Positions 25,851 through 39,300 of a DNA stretch of 64,000 nt are shown here, piece by piece. Every line of letters begins with the position of its first letter. The first letter of the stretch is position 1. This stretch comes from Trichoplax adhaerens (Eukaryota > Animalia > Placozoa). A program made the translations under genes and the position numbers. Where the stretch lies: the NCBI RefSeq assembly GCF_000150275.1, contig NW_002060947.1:6835648-6899647 (forward strand), given 5' to 3'. The notes beneath the pieces are model-generated. The model did no database searches, was not told the DNA's origin, and saw only the letters and a program-made list of their open reading frames with translations.

Positions 25851-27647
25851 TTGAAGTAACTAGTAACGACCAAATAGTTATTGTTGTATACCTTTGAGCG
25901 ATAACGATCCAATATGTGTACTTAATATTTTGTATTTCTATCTAATTTCTATCACTTGGAATAGACAGTTTAAAGTGAGGAAAAGCTTCACTTGTTCGTG
26001 ATTTTGTACCGTACCAAAGGAGTAATATTTTATTATAACGAAACTATCGGACACTATAATTGTTACTTATGTAAAGTAGTCAAACTATAACTTAGCTCGT
26101 TCATCTAATTCAAGGTTGAATAACAGGCATATAGTATAATAGTTAAGAGAGTTTTTGTATTTGCATATCAATCTATTTAAACGGCACTACTAAGTCATTT
26201 TATCTGATACTTTCATAATCCGCTACAAATTACTTCGTAGATTTAATAAAGATTCAAGACTGGAAGAGAGGCTAATTAGAATATGTTTTGCATTAACCTA
26301 GATCACAGCACATTCTGGCAGTATCACAAGCTTTAAATTGCTTAATCGAATAAAAGTTTGAGTTAGGAGGAGAGATTATACTTATTGCAACAATGTATGT
26401 ATGTCTGTTATAGGCAACAGGATACTTTAACATTAAAATCTGTTAGTACTGTATGGTAAGTTATTATATCTGTTGTTCGCATGATTAAGTTATTAATTAA
26501 TTTGCAAATTTAATACAAGTTTATTGTTTAGTCTGAAGGAAGGCTGGACCAATATTTGATTTATGTATTTGCATAAATACCTAACGTTTTAATAATCTAG
26601 CAATCTTGGCATCCTGTTTGATGCTAAGTAGTCAAGGCATAGCTAAATTCGCTTTTCCGGCATGATTTTATAGTTAATCATGGGGAACTGAATCGACTAA
26701 AGTTTCTTATACGAGCAAGTCTGCATAGAGTAGATCTATTTTAATTGTGTTCTTCAAGCGGACCAGTTTAGCTTTAAATAGGTTAGTGTTTCAATAGGCG
26801 ATAATAATTTCGCAATTTTATATCGTATTCTACCATACGGCATACTGAATTTCTAAGAATTTATCGATCATAATAAGCTTGCTGTAAATGAGTTAAATAT
26901 TTATTTAAACTCTTAATTCTATCTTTCACAAGCATTCTAGTTTAAAATTTCATTTTTTACCGAGCGTTCTTAGATAGCACGTTGAAGGGATTAATCTACT
27001 TTTAGTTACGTCACATTCAAGTAAGGCTCGTATACCCCTTTAAAAATAAGAATTTTAGTCATATAATTGACACCATCCAAAATAATTTGAAGCTAGAAAA
27101 TTGTTGGAATATATAAAATATTTGATTTTTAATTGCACCAAACCAAAATTAAATATTTAGGGAGTCTAAGAAAAACTTTAGAATGTGAATTAAGAGTGCA
27201 TTAATCATTGTTCATTCGAAAATTGATGGCCAATCCATTTAATTTCAGTGCAAAATTTACTGGCAACTTTCCTAATTTAGCAAGCGTGAGTCTGTATATT
27301 CGATTTAGTGTCGAAATTAATACTTACTATCTGATATTTTGACCATGTAATATCAACAACGACAATAGAAGCTTTCGAGGGTTACTTGCATGCTGTTTTA
27401 GTAATCAATCGATGACTAAATTAAATTCCTAGACTTTTTATAGATACAAACTGTGTCAAAATTATTAATTTTTAACCCATCAAAAAGACAATCAAGACTA
27501 TCGATTGATATTGCACAATCACTTCTGAAATAACTTTATTAACGATAAACAATGTCAACAGCATTTTTTGAATTAATTCAAATAAGCTAACGTTAAGACT
27601 ATTATAATAATACTTAAGCCGGAAAGATTTAAACATTTTTACTTTAA

Positions 27648-28637
27648 TTAAGGAGCAAATGTTACGCCTATCGTTTGCGATCGACTTCTCTTAAGGGAAG
27701 AATTTACGATAGACTTTCGAAATGATTTACTCATCACACAAAATATAATCGGATTTACTACAGGCTGAAGGAAAGCAATTCCATAGCAAATATTGGTTAT
27801 CATACCTAAAATAGTCTCATTAGCGATAAATAAATTAGCCACGGTAGCATTGGTTAATGCTACTGCTAAGCGAGTAATATGTAAGATTGCAGTCAAAACT
27901 AGGAAGACAGCTGTGACGATCACAATTTTACGTATAGCGGATTTACGCTTTTGTAAATTTTTCAAATTATTAACCACGTTACCCTTAATGCTGAAGCTGG
28001 ATCGATTCAGTGCTTTAATTACGCAAACATACGCATAAACGATAATGACAGCAGGAATAATTTCTTCTATCACCAAGATTAACATAAAATAAATTTGATT
28101 ATGTAGTAATGACGCATGGGTTGAATCACAGATGAAAGGATAGTTAGGATCAATTCCTCCTGCAGGAATTATTGGCAAGGCAACTAGGAAACCAAAAACC
28201 CATGTAAGAACGACAGCTAACTTTATACGCCATGGATTGCGTAATAATGGCTTAAAAGGTGCTTTAACAAATGCATAATATCGATCGATGCTAATCATCG
28301 TTAACGTATGAGTTGATGTAAAATATGATGAATAACTGCATACACCTAAGAAATCGCACAGGATTTCTTTAGTAGATAGAGAGAGGTCGTTGGGACGCAA
28401 GAGATAGATTGATATCACAGTATAGATAATCAAGAACAAGCATCCAAAAGCATCGGAAACTGCCATACTAGCAATTAAGATATACGTAGATGTATGATAC
28501 TGATTGATACGAAAAATGGTTAAGCAAACAAGAAAATTGCCGATAAATCCAATAGCGAAAATACCCGTAAATATGTAGGTCGGCAAGACAGTAGCTCGTA
28601 GATTAGCTAGCATTTCTTGAGCTGTGGTATTGTTCAT
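27648..28637 (-). CDS. Class A (rhodopsin-like) orphan GPCR, paralogue of 21838-22842, single coding exon, ~329 aa
   Basis: Collinear with the neighbouring GPCR (TSTYILIASMAxSDAFGC, DRY, GGIDPxxPxICD, EEIxPA, HITRL, GIAFLQPVVNP). The start is placed at MNNTT (28637) to match the paralogue's MNNSS. The 35-aa ORF extension to 28742 crosses a likely splice acceptor (TTATTTTACAG, ~28708). Confidence 0.93.
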   Translation of the reverse strand: MNNTTAQEMLANLRATVLPTYIFTGIFAIGFIGNFLVCLTIFRINQYHTSTYILIASMAVSDAFGCLFLIIYTVISIYLLRPNDLSLSTKEILCDFLGVCSYSSYFTSTHTLTMISIDRYYAFVKAPFKPLLRNPWRIKLAVVLTWVFGFLVALPIIPAGGIDPNYPFICDSTHASLLHNQIYFMLILVIEEIIPAVIIVYAYVCVIKALNRSSFSIKGNVVNNLKNLQKRKSAIRKIVIVTAVFLVLTAILHITRLAVALTNATVANLFIANETILGMITNICYGIAFLQPVVNPIIFCVMSKSFRKSIVNSSLKRSRSQTIGVTFAP

Positions 28638-29749
28638 GATTTTTCTTGCAGGATTGCTTTCACGTTTAATAGTGTTCAAGGAGAATAAAGCTGACAAAAG
28701 ACTTAGTCTGTAAAATAATGCAGAAAAATAAGGATTAGCCATCTATTGATATCTTATATCCAGTTTGCTCTTATTATATTTTGTTGTGCATGTAGTTTAA
28801 GATAAAAATAGGAGGTAAAATCAATCATCTTAGTAAAAATTGATGTTCCATTACCGGTATCTAAATAGAAGTATAATTAATCATACAAAAAGTGCTAATA
28901 ACGAGATCTTTTTAAGCCCGCTGTAATCTAAAAGTAAAGTTGAAAAACTATAGCTTAGAAATGAATTGGTAACCTGTTTAATAACGATATAAATTTGCTG
29001 ATTATTATGTGATCCAAATACCAATCTATCTAATGATATTCTATTTATACATTATTCAGAAATAGCAACATTTTCTTCTTGCGATATATTATCTAATCCG
29101 ATCTTATTTTCCACTGAAAGTATTTTTAATTTTTGATTTACACAACATTTCACAAACAGCAAAATCTTAAAAGGATTATTTAAGCTTTCCTATCATGCCA
29201 GCTCAAGACAACCCTTGTGGTTTATATAGTAGATTAATTTTATCGACGTTACAAAGAAAACTAAGAATATCATTAAGCTTACGCTATCAGTTTCATGATA
29301 AAATATCGACGATTCTATAGTGATATAAAATAAAATTGCTTAATATCGTGTTATTATCCTTCATAAGAAAACTATTAAGTAAAAAATATTTTGCAAAATT
29401 ACTAGACAATATTAGTTCTCATGCTTTGTGGAATAAGTAATTATACTGTAAAATTCTCACTCCAAATTTCAGGGTGATTATGTTGACTTTGCAGTTGTGC
29501 AGATTATGTAATTACGCGGCAAAACACCTGATAGAGTCATAAAACGCCAGTCTCTATGTCATACGCAAATAATTGATACATGTTAAAATTCCTACCGTCA
29601 AATGGAATTGTTCAATCGATTTTACAGTTTGTATAATCTGATATTATATCGTAAAATCTAATTTCGAAATGGCTACTTGAATAACATCAATTCTAGCTTG
29701 TATTGAATTAACGTGTGATGCAGTAGATACAAATAGATAGCTTACTTGG

Positions 29750-30170
29750 CAGAATATTATATCGACTTCGAAATTATTAAAATCCGCAATTGTATAGCTG
29801 ATTCTCATTATTAAATATTCAGCAAAATAATAAAACAAGGTCAATTTATATTGTATATAAAAATTTTTAATTCCACCCCAAAATCCCTACCATCGAGTAC
29901 CATTATCTGAAGGAATGATTTTATCGACTTTGATACTACAAGGAATGCAATGAATGCTATTAAATTGCGTACTTGATGGAATGATTACGTCGACTTCGAA
30001 ATTATCAATATTTCGCAGTTATAGCTTGATTCTTATATCATATATTCAGTAAAATAGTAAAAATCATCCGCGTCAATTGATATTTATGTGAAAAATCTCT
30101 AACCCAAAAATTCCGGCGAATGAAGGAATGATTATATCGACTTTGATGCTATAAGGAAAGCGTAATTATG
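29750..30170. repeat. Diverged tandem repeat, ~2 x ~220-230 bp with internal sub-repeat (ATCGACTT)
   Basis: TCGACTTCGAAATTAT...ATATTCAG.AAAATA.TAAAA and TGAAGGAATGATT.TATCGACTTTGAT.CTA.AAGGAA each occur twice. Confidence 0.8.
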
Positions 30171-31741
30171 AAATAGATTGATAATATCAAGTACGTGGTG
30201 TGAAATTAAAATTCCCATGATAATAAATTGTCTCTTTCTTAAACGTAAACACTAATTATATGCCCTACTTGAAGTTTTTACGTAATTACTACATATCTAG
30301 TTATTATTGATTAGTATACTACAGTATGGAAGTATCCTTAATACTAAAATATCAAATGGCGGCATAATATGATGCCAGAATATAATGTCAATAATGACGG
30401 CACGAAAGGCAGATATTTTGGGTTGTCATATTTGTTTATTCTATTACAGAAAACATTCATTTACTGTATAAGAAGTAGATGATGATTGTCGCTTTTTATT
30501 TATGAGATGAAATGAGCGAAATGTGAGAAATTGGTTAGTAAAATAACATTCAAGGCCAAACACGCGTACAAGAGAATAAATCGATGTCAATCTACAATCA
30601 AAAGAAATGTACCATAAGCTGTGGTAAGTCTTTAGATTTCCACTTGCAATATTCTAAAATTCTCTTAAGTTTAGTTTCCGTTTACAACTCTCGTTTACTA
30701 ATATATATCATTACCAATTGAAGTCAAAAATTGTAGTTGCTCCGTCAAAGATCGAATTACATATTTCTTGTCTATTATAATTGTTGACCTTGGTCTCATT
30801 CCATAATATTATTAGCTACATTTAGTAAAAGATCACTATCGCTCTTACATAGAATTCAATTCAAACTGTGAAGGAACTCGACTCTAATCAGACTCATGAA
30901 AGCATTTAATTAGCGTTTATTATTGCGAATTGCTTACTGTTAACATGATAGAAATGAAATAGAGAGATTAGAATATAAAATGAAAGGCAAAATTCAATCT
31001 TTCATGCTTGATGTTCAATTATAATTTCCAAATTTCTATATTGGACTGCCTTATTTAGTTAATTGATCTCTATCATAGATAGCATCAATAATGAAGACAA
31101 TGAGCTAAGGTAGTGTTGCCATATACTGTAAACAATGGTTAACTGAGTCATTCACGGTCAAAATAATTTTATTTTATAAAAGGTGCTAGAAATTTTCCGG
31201 TAGTGGTGGTTAGCAAGACGCAGTGATAAGTATGAGTGGAATGGCTTAGTATTGCTATCCAAATTTAATTTTTATTACATTTCAGGAAAAGACTTTACCG
31301 AATAATAATAGAATTTATTAGCTTTTTCGATGTTTACTCTACTATCATTCAATAATTTAACATTGTGGATAATATGGAACGCATGGGCAACGACGAATAT
31401 GTAGGCACATTTACCACTTGATGTTTCCTCAAAGTAAAGAAAGCTTTCATGAAATTAAAGTATAAATGATCAAAATATGACCACCAATCCCGTAAATTGG
31501 CTGGAATAGAGAAGTTAGTGCTCAAGTCTTGCATCAAAAATGTGTAGTGGATAGCATTTAAACATAAAAAAATTACAATGCTAATTCATGGATATTGTTG
31601 CTATTCCATATCGAATCGTAAATTTTAATAGGGCCAAATATATATTGGACTTTTACTAATTTTAAATATATGGAGTAAGACTGTATGAATCATAAGTAAA
31701 GGACAAATATTCGCCCTTCAAATCAAGTTGATCCTTTAACC

Positions 31742-32252
31742 GTGATTTCGCTGTGTCTACTAGAGTATAATTTTATGAGAAAGAATTTGTCTGCACGTAA
31801 GTAAATGAAACCAAACATTAAAATATTGTCAGGTGCTTTACTTCATTTTTACGCCAGTTATCATATATTCTAGCAAGATTATCGCAGTTAATTATGACTA
31901 AATAAATGATTTCACTATGTCAACTGTAGTACGATTCTGTGAGAAAGAAATTGTCCGCATATGAGTTAATAGAATCAAACATTAAAATTGGAACATTAAA
32001 ATTCCTCTATGTGCTTTAGTTTATTCCAACGCCAATCTATTTTGACTGAAAAATCACAGTTTATTACGGCAAAATAAATGATTTCGCTATGTCTGATATA
32101 ATACGATTTTCTGGCAAAGAGTTTGTCTCGATGTTAGCAATGGCGCAAAATATTAATTTAAATATTCCCATATGCTTTAATTTACTCTTACGCTAATCTA
32201 TTTTAGCGAATTATCACAGTTTATTAATAATAATTGAATAAATGATCACGCT
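31742..32252. repeat. Diverged tandem repeat, ~3 x ~165-170 bp
   Basis: TGATTTC(G/A)CT(G/A)TGTC..AAAGA..TTGTC..TGCTTTA..ACGC.A..ATC(G/A)CAGTT..AATAAATGAT recurs three times. Confidence 0.85.
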
Positions 32253-33439
32253 CATCCTAAGAAAGCACATTCATTTTTTAATTATCAGCCCTCCTCCTTA
32301 AACTAAAAGGTAAACCAATCTTTTATCCTGGTTGCGAACACTAACGAGATTGATTTAATATTTAAAATAAATTATTTCTGAAGCGAACTGTGATACAAAA
32401 CGGAGATTACTACTCTGATGACAGTAGAAATTTTAGAGTATTGCTTCTCTAAATTGAATTATGAACTGATTATAGCCACTACCAAGACTACTATCCTTTG
32501 ATGTTTATCCAGTAAGTATTAAACAGTCTGCATATTAATGGACTACATTCCCCCAGAGTTGGCTATAACTATATGATAAAACCAAGATGTACAGTAATAG
32601 ATCATTAAGATTATGAATACGTAGATAATTTATCTCACAGTTTTATTTTATTCTTAGAAGGAAACTCTGATATTAATTTGCATATCAGTAATAGTCTTAT
32701 AAGAGGTAAATTACGGTACCTTACTGGCCTATGCTCAGAATATTTACTGGTACTAATTAACAAAATCGACGATGGATAGCTAGAAAAAATGCTTTTAGTT
32801 TCTTTACTGTAACTAAATTACTTTTGCAAAGAAGTCATTTTCAGATTAATTTATAACTAACATTCTGCCTTAAGGTGTAAACGATTGCTGAATTTACTAG
32901 CACGAATACAGACACCAATCGGTTTTTAAAGCTTTTCAGTATAACAAAAAATAGGCATTTAAACAGAGATACTAATTTATCTGTCTAACCTGTTACGATG
33001 TCGAGAATTGAGAATTAACAGAGGAGAATAACTTGAGTTATTTAAATAACCTGGCAGAGGAATTAATCTTATTGGAATTGTAAAGGAATCAAGCCGCATT
33101 AAAATAGGAGATCACATGAATTCTCTGCTTAAATATGTAGAAAGGATTTCAAGACACGTTTTTCTAGGAAGATAAATGAATATTCATTTGAGCCACCAAG
33201 AATCTTTAGTCAGGTACGATACATTCTTCGAATTAATAAAGGGCTACGTTATTCTAGAGTAATATAGGAGAATAATTTTATTCGTAACGCTCTTTAGACC
33301 ATGAATAATTCATATCAACTCTATCCTTATGATGTCAACCATACAATAATAATTTCTATGCTACGTACTATTTGTTATTTTAGTTAGGCATTAATTCTCG
33401 TAAACAACAAGTATGCAGATGCAGATGCTGGAATAATTA

Positions 33440-34470
33440 AGAATAGATACATTTTCATTAATGTTTATAATATTCTAGCCCTGAAAATTTATTCTAGATA
33501 TATATGAAATTAATATCTATCTATTAAATTATCCATAGCCTGAAATTGGATAAGTTAAATTTTTTATAGATCTCTTGTACTTTAACAATTAACCCAACCT
33601 AGGTTGAAATCAGCTGATTAAAGTCTATCCATTAGATTAATTAATTATTTATAGTCTGAAATTAATAAATTTAATTTTTCGATAGATCTCTTATAAATCA
33701 TAATAATCAAAAGTAGGCTTAAACCAGCTACTAGTAAAGAATACGTAAATCCTATAATACTATGAGTATTTCTTTTAAGGAGTAAGATTGGCAATATCAA
33801 TGTGCAATGATCATATCATACCCAGAAAATTATCTAGAATTATTAAAAACTACAGTCTGTTACTTAGATTATCCAAACTCTAGAATTAAATGTGTTAGAA
33901 TGTATATTTTATAGATCTCTTCTAGATCAAAGTTAGCCAAATGTAGAACTAGAATCAACTGGTTGAATCGGCTAAGGAACTTTTATGATACCACCTGCAT
34001 TTATTTTATGAAGAAGAAAGCAACATTAACTGATGATATCGTCATCCCTAGAAATTAAAATAGGATATTGATAATTGTAAAGTATTCATTAGAACATCTA
34101 TAGCTATAGTCTAGAATTAGATGTGCTAAAAAATTTATTTTTAAGACGTGTTTTAAACCATAATCAAATACAGATTAAAGCCGGCGACCAGAAAACTAAG
34201 ATAATCTTACGATACAATGTGTGCTTATTTTAAGTACCGAATAGGGTAATAATAACTAATGATAATTATTGTATATCTGAAAAGTCATAGTAGATATAAA
34301 AGAATTAAACTCTATTCATTAAATTAGCTATAAACTAGCATCAAATATGTTTAACATCTACCGCTATAGATCTTTCTACATCAACATTAACCGAAAATAG
34401 ATTTAGAAGAATCTACTTGATAATGCTAAGAAAGCCTTACAATGTAATGTGTACTTTATTTTAAGCGACG
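33440..34470. repeat. Highly diverged tandem repeat, ~4-5 copies of ~230-240 bp
   Basis: Recurring CCC(T/A)GAAAATT / CTAGAATTA.ATGTG.TA / TATAGATCTCTT / T(G/T)ATTTTAAG blocks; unit boundaries approximate. Confidence 0.7.
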
Positions 34471-35940
34471 CGGAAATGAGTCGGTGTGGAGTTATAGATA
34501 ATTGCTTTACATTATGATGTAGAATAATCATATAGCTAGTATTTAATAAATAAATAGCATTCCCAGTACTGAAGGTGAGCTATTAACATTCATGGATTGA
34601 GTAGGGAAGAATTAATAAGGATTATTTACTATTTATTACTTTCTTCTGCGAGAGGCCGCTAAGATGAAAATAGGAAATAATTAGAGTACAGATTTTAACC
34701 AATTCTCTTTCATGAACTAAGCTTAACATGAAATATAGAAACTCCGTTTGCAAACTATGTCGATTACATTTCGTCTATTCTTATGATATCCCGAATAGAT
34801 TTTACAGAATGGGTTAAAAATAGTAGTACGATGTTAAAGAGTTTGTATATAGCAATTGCTTTGATTCTATCAATCCTGTAAAATAATTTAAAGATAAAAA
34901 GTACGCATTCAGGAAATATAACAATAAATTATCAAGCTAGAAAACCGAAAAGGCTTTCAAAACAATTGAAAATTTGAGTCTGAAATAGTAGATGGGTTTT
35001 GATTAAGCTGTAGAGTAGACCATAATATCCACTTTTATATCCAGCTGTTCTGAATCAAAAGTTAAGAATTTTGAAATCCTAAACATATTTACAGCTCTTT
35101 TTATTTATGCTATTCTAATTCATGCCAATTAATAAAAGTTACATGGAAAGAACTTTGCATGACTGTTACTTTCAATCTTATTTTTCTGGATTGAAATTCG
35201 AGTATTTCAATACTTAATTGCAGACCAGTATCTCACAGCGATCTTGTGGTATACTGGTAGACTACCATAAGAATTTGGAATCAGAAAATGAGATTGAGTT
35301 CGTCTTGATCTTCATTTTCTTCATCAAACTATTCTTAAGTAGAATCTAGAGAATTCGATATTCTAAATCATATTCATGATCTTTATCTGGATTAGCCTCG
35401 CTAGCAGTAGATTATCAATTACCGTATTCAAGAAGATAGAATATATAATAATTTTTATTTTTAATGGACATGAATCTCATGAGTATAAAATCTAAAACTT
35501 TTCATAATTAAATCGTACTATGTATTCTTGTTAAATTACGAAGGATGATAGACTAGCATGCAATTACAAGATTGAAATTTGGATAATCTCCAGTTTACGG
35601 CATATAAAAATCAATATACTCATTAAGTATGAATTCGCAATTATATTCATTTACGATGAATTCTGATTTGAGAATGCTTAGCTGTACGATAATAATTTTG
35701 TAAAGATAGAGAGTTAAAGATTTTTTAAGTCCTTACATTACCAATAAGACATGAATAAAAAAATACGATTTAATTATAAAAGACCCGAAAGCGAAGAGAA
35801 ATTTTTTCCTACATCTACTATTACCATTCGGCCTATATCAGTTGACGTTACCGAAAGTAATTCTACATTAATAAAATAGGCAATCTGTTTTATATAATAT
35901 AATAAGAATGGATAGTATTGAATATTTTTCAAGGTAAACG

Positions 35941-36382
35941 TAATTTTGTATTATCATGAACGCAAATGTCGTCTTAAAATTCGTTAAGAGAATGAGGTAT
36001 CAAACTATCTTCACCCGCATATTTCTTGCTATAATATTACAGGATGATATACAAGTCTAATTGCAACAATAAATTTTAGTCTAAAACAGATCGCCTTCGT
36101 TTGAGAAAAAAATACAGTTTGTAATGTAAGCTAATTATCGTATTAAAATATCTAGAGGTAGATATAATTTATTATTTCCTTGAACGCAAATAATATAGTT
36201 TAAAATTTGCTTAGAGTAAAAATATATCCTACATTTTATACCCCTATATCTCGCTTTAATATTACAGAATGATATAAAAGCAGAATTACGATATCAAATT
36301 TTTAATCTGAAATACACTGCTTTAGTTCGAGAAAAAATGCAGTTTCTAATGTCAGTTGGTTGCTATTTTAGAATATCTAGTG
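35941..36382. repeat. Diverged direct duplication, 2 x ~224 bp
   Basis: TGAACGCAAAT at 35957 and 36181; TAATATTACAG.ATGATATA, GAGAAAAAA(A)T.CAGTTT.TAATGT and AATATCTAG shared in order. Confidence 0.85.
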
Positions 36383-39300
36383 TATATTGGATATTCTATG
36401 CCGCTATTCTCAAATATTAATTTAGTGTTTTAAAGGTAAAATGTACGATATATCAGCTAAGAATATCATAAAAATTCCATGATATTATTTAGCATTTGTA
36501 CTATCCTAAGAATTCGACTATGGTATAAAAGGAATACAAACTCCAATGCTAATCTACTATTCAAGCAAATGAAGTCAACGAAAGTAACAATTTCATAACC
36601 AAGAATAATAAACTAATTAAAATGACATTAATATGCAATAAAGATCAGCTCCAAGCTACTGCCTTACATCGAATATATTTCCCTGAACATAATCGTACAG
36701 TAAAGATCTCGTCATACTTAATTATTATTATCGTTATTTTAGTTATATATTTAAAGAAAGCAGGACGTAGCAGCAAGAAATGTAACATGCTAATTAGTTA
36801 AATGGCAATGAACACACGGGCTGACATATCGTTTGGTATCATAGTGCAATCAATTATCGCATTTTAAATAGAAAGTAAAGTTGAATTCTCCAATCTCCAT
36901 TTGTGATATTAGCCAACTACAATCAGGTGCTCGATCCCCTGAACTGATGTACGCGAATTTTGTACCATATTTGATTCGATTTTCCTAATTGATCAATTTC
37001 AACATTTATGGATGTAATATGTTTTGAATTATCCTATCTATGCGAAGAGCTCGAAAGCTTATATCGACCATATTGAAATAAAGTGTTCTTAATTTTCTAT
37101 CTCGATCAGTGCTAATAGCCCCTTAGCATTAATCCAATCAAACCATGAAACTCAGCCTTTAGATCTTAATAATAATTAATTGCTTATCTTAGTATTTGTA
37201 AAGAGCCTTTGGTTAACCTAACAATCAAGCCTGATTACTAGATTGATCAGGGTTTTGGTTTGCATAGGCTACGTGTCATAAAACAGCTTTGCAACAAGAT
37301 AACGCAATATACGATCAATAAGTCAATTCCTTGAACTACGTATCAAGGAACGATATCTGCACTATCACAAACACTTTTGCTCTACTAGTAGACTACACAA
37401 AGACTTAAACGCCTCATATTTTACGTTAAACACTAAGTTGGACAATTCTTCTTTATTTCACGATATACTGCATTTATATACTATTCCTCAATAGTTCATG
37501 AGTCATAGTTAATACAATTAACATTAGAATCATTTACTGAATTAGATATTAATTTTAGCTACTGCTCCCTTAACGCAGACAACAGTATTTACGAACATAG
37601 ACATATAATGACTAATACAGAATAGTCAGATTACGATATGTCCTATCACGGAACATTTCCATGATAATTTACAGTCTACCATAAGTAAATTACAATCACA
37701 ATGATTCGAACTGTAAGCAGATGATTTGCATTCCCTATTATAACTATTAATTTCAGTATGTGTATAAGTGTCACTGTCATAAAAAGTCAGTGCTATATTA
37801 AAATACAGTATATCCAAATTAGAAGTTAACTAAATAAGGATAGTCTAATAGAATTATCCTAACATTGATATTTCTACTGTAATACAGTATATAACACTGT
37901 AACACTACGATAAAATGTAAGAATCACATTTAGCAGCAAGGTAATTCTATATCCAAGTACGTGTACATATACTGATAGCTAGAGTCTAATTAAACGAAAT
38001 AACTATCTCATGATGTTATGCTTGATAATTAGCCTTACCCAAACAAAATTTACTATGATTTTCATATAGCAAAATAAACAATTTAAACGATAACTTATTT
38101 GAATAGGGCATAACTTTCGAATGATAGCCTAACCAGTATACATCACCACCTTGCGAAGAAATAAGGACAAATGATATATAGACGTGTGTAAAATTATGTA
38201 ATTTCTGGGATCATCATTAATAGAACGATGGATAAATGCTCAATATCAATCATACAAGCAAAGTGCAAAGACAGCCAAACGTTAATAGACAATGCTACCA
38301 GTTTTTCCAGTCTGATTTTAGATAGCTACGAAAGCCAATCGATGTGCCTCTATTTCAACATTCTGCGAACGGATTTTTTAATATGTAAAGCTCTTAATCC
38401 TATTATATTGAAGATAACACACAGCTTACAACAAGTCAACAGTCTCCTCAGTAATGATGAGGGCTTTAAATCAATAAAGACTTGTTCCTGTATAGTATAC
38501 AAATATAATGTATTAGCTCCAAACTTTATCACATTTACTCTCAAATTAATTATAGTAGGTAATAGACAGTAGTTATTGTCAAATTATTCTAGAAATGATT
38601 CTGGATTAAGGAATTTATATATGGAACCACGATCGAAAGAAAAACATCAATATCTGTGTGAAATTCTTGCAAATTTTGAATTTAAAACTGTCGTCCTACA
38701 GGATTAGCTAGAGCGATGATATTTTAATAGAATCAAACCACTTATTTAATTCTATCGTTTGATTAGTGTAAACGTTATCGAAAACTCATCAATGTCATCG
38801 AAGAATTTAAAACAATAAATCAAGATCCTACCATCTTTCAAATGATTTAGCTGCAATTAGAACATTTTAACGTGCTAAGCTTCTGCTGCCAATTCGATCG
38901 CTTATAAAATAAGAGAAATTTCAATATGTTATTATCGATAGTTTCTCCTTTTGGCAGTTTTAGAACGATTTTTTGATCAATAATTATGTATTCGCATCGC
39001 AATTTATAAATTAGCTAAATGATATCCTAACTAATGAATTTTTTAGATATCAGTGTAGAAATGATCCAAACTATTTTAAAACGAATGCTTTTCGAATGAC
39101 CCCATATGAATATCTGTAACCGAGTTAATACCTTACTACATACATGACGAATATACATTAAAGTCTCTATTGTGAATAGAACTTCCTGTTCTATGTCTGG
39201 ACTGTCATCATCAATTTTCCAGCTAAAAATCATAGGATAGTTATTATTGTTCTCTATACTTATGGCGTCTGGTAGAAGATTCTAGTTTATGGTTATACTG

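Noticed and set aside
21838-28637. GPCRs as opsins or aminergic receptors
   Set aside because: Phe rather than Lys at 7.43 and no Asp at 3.32.
28638-28742. 35-aa N-terminal extension (possible signal peptide) on GPCR2
   Set aside because: Absent from the paralogue and crosses a likely splice acceptor; MNNTT matches the paralogue start.
38228-38572. 114-aa ORF and its antisense ORF
   Set aside because: No recognisable motif, intergenic-like AT-rich composition and no supporting neighbouring exons.
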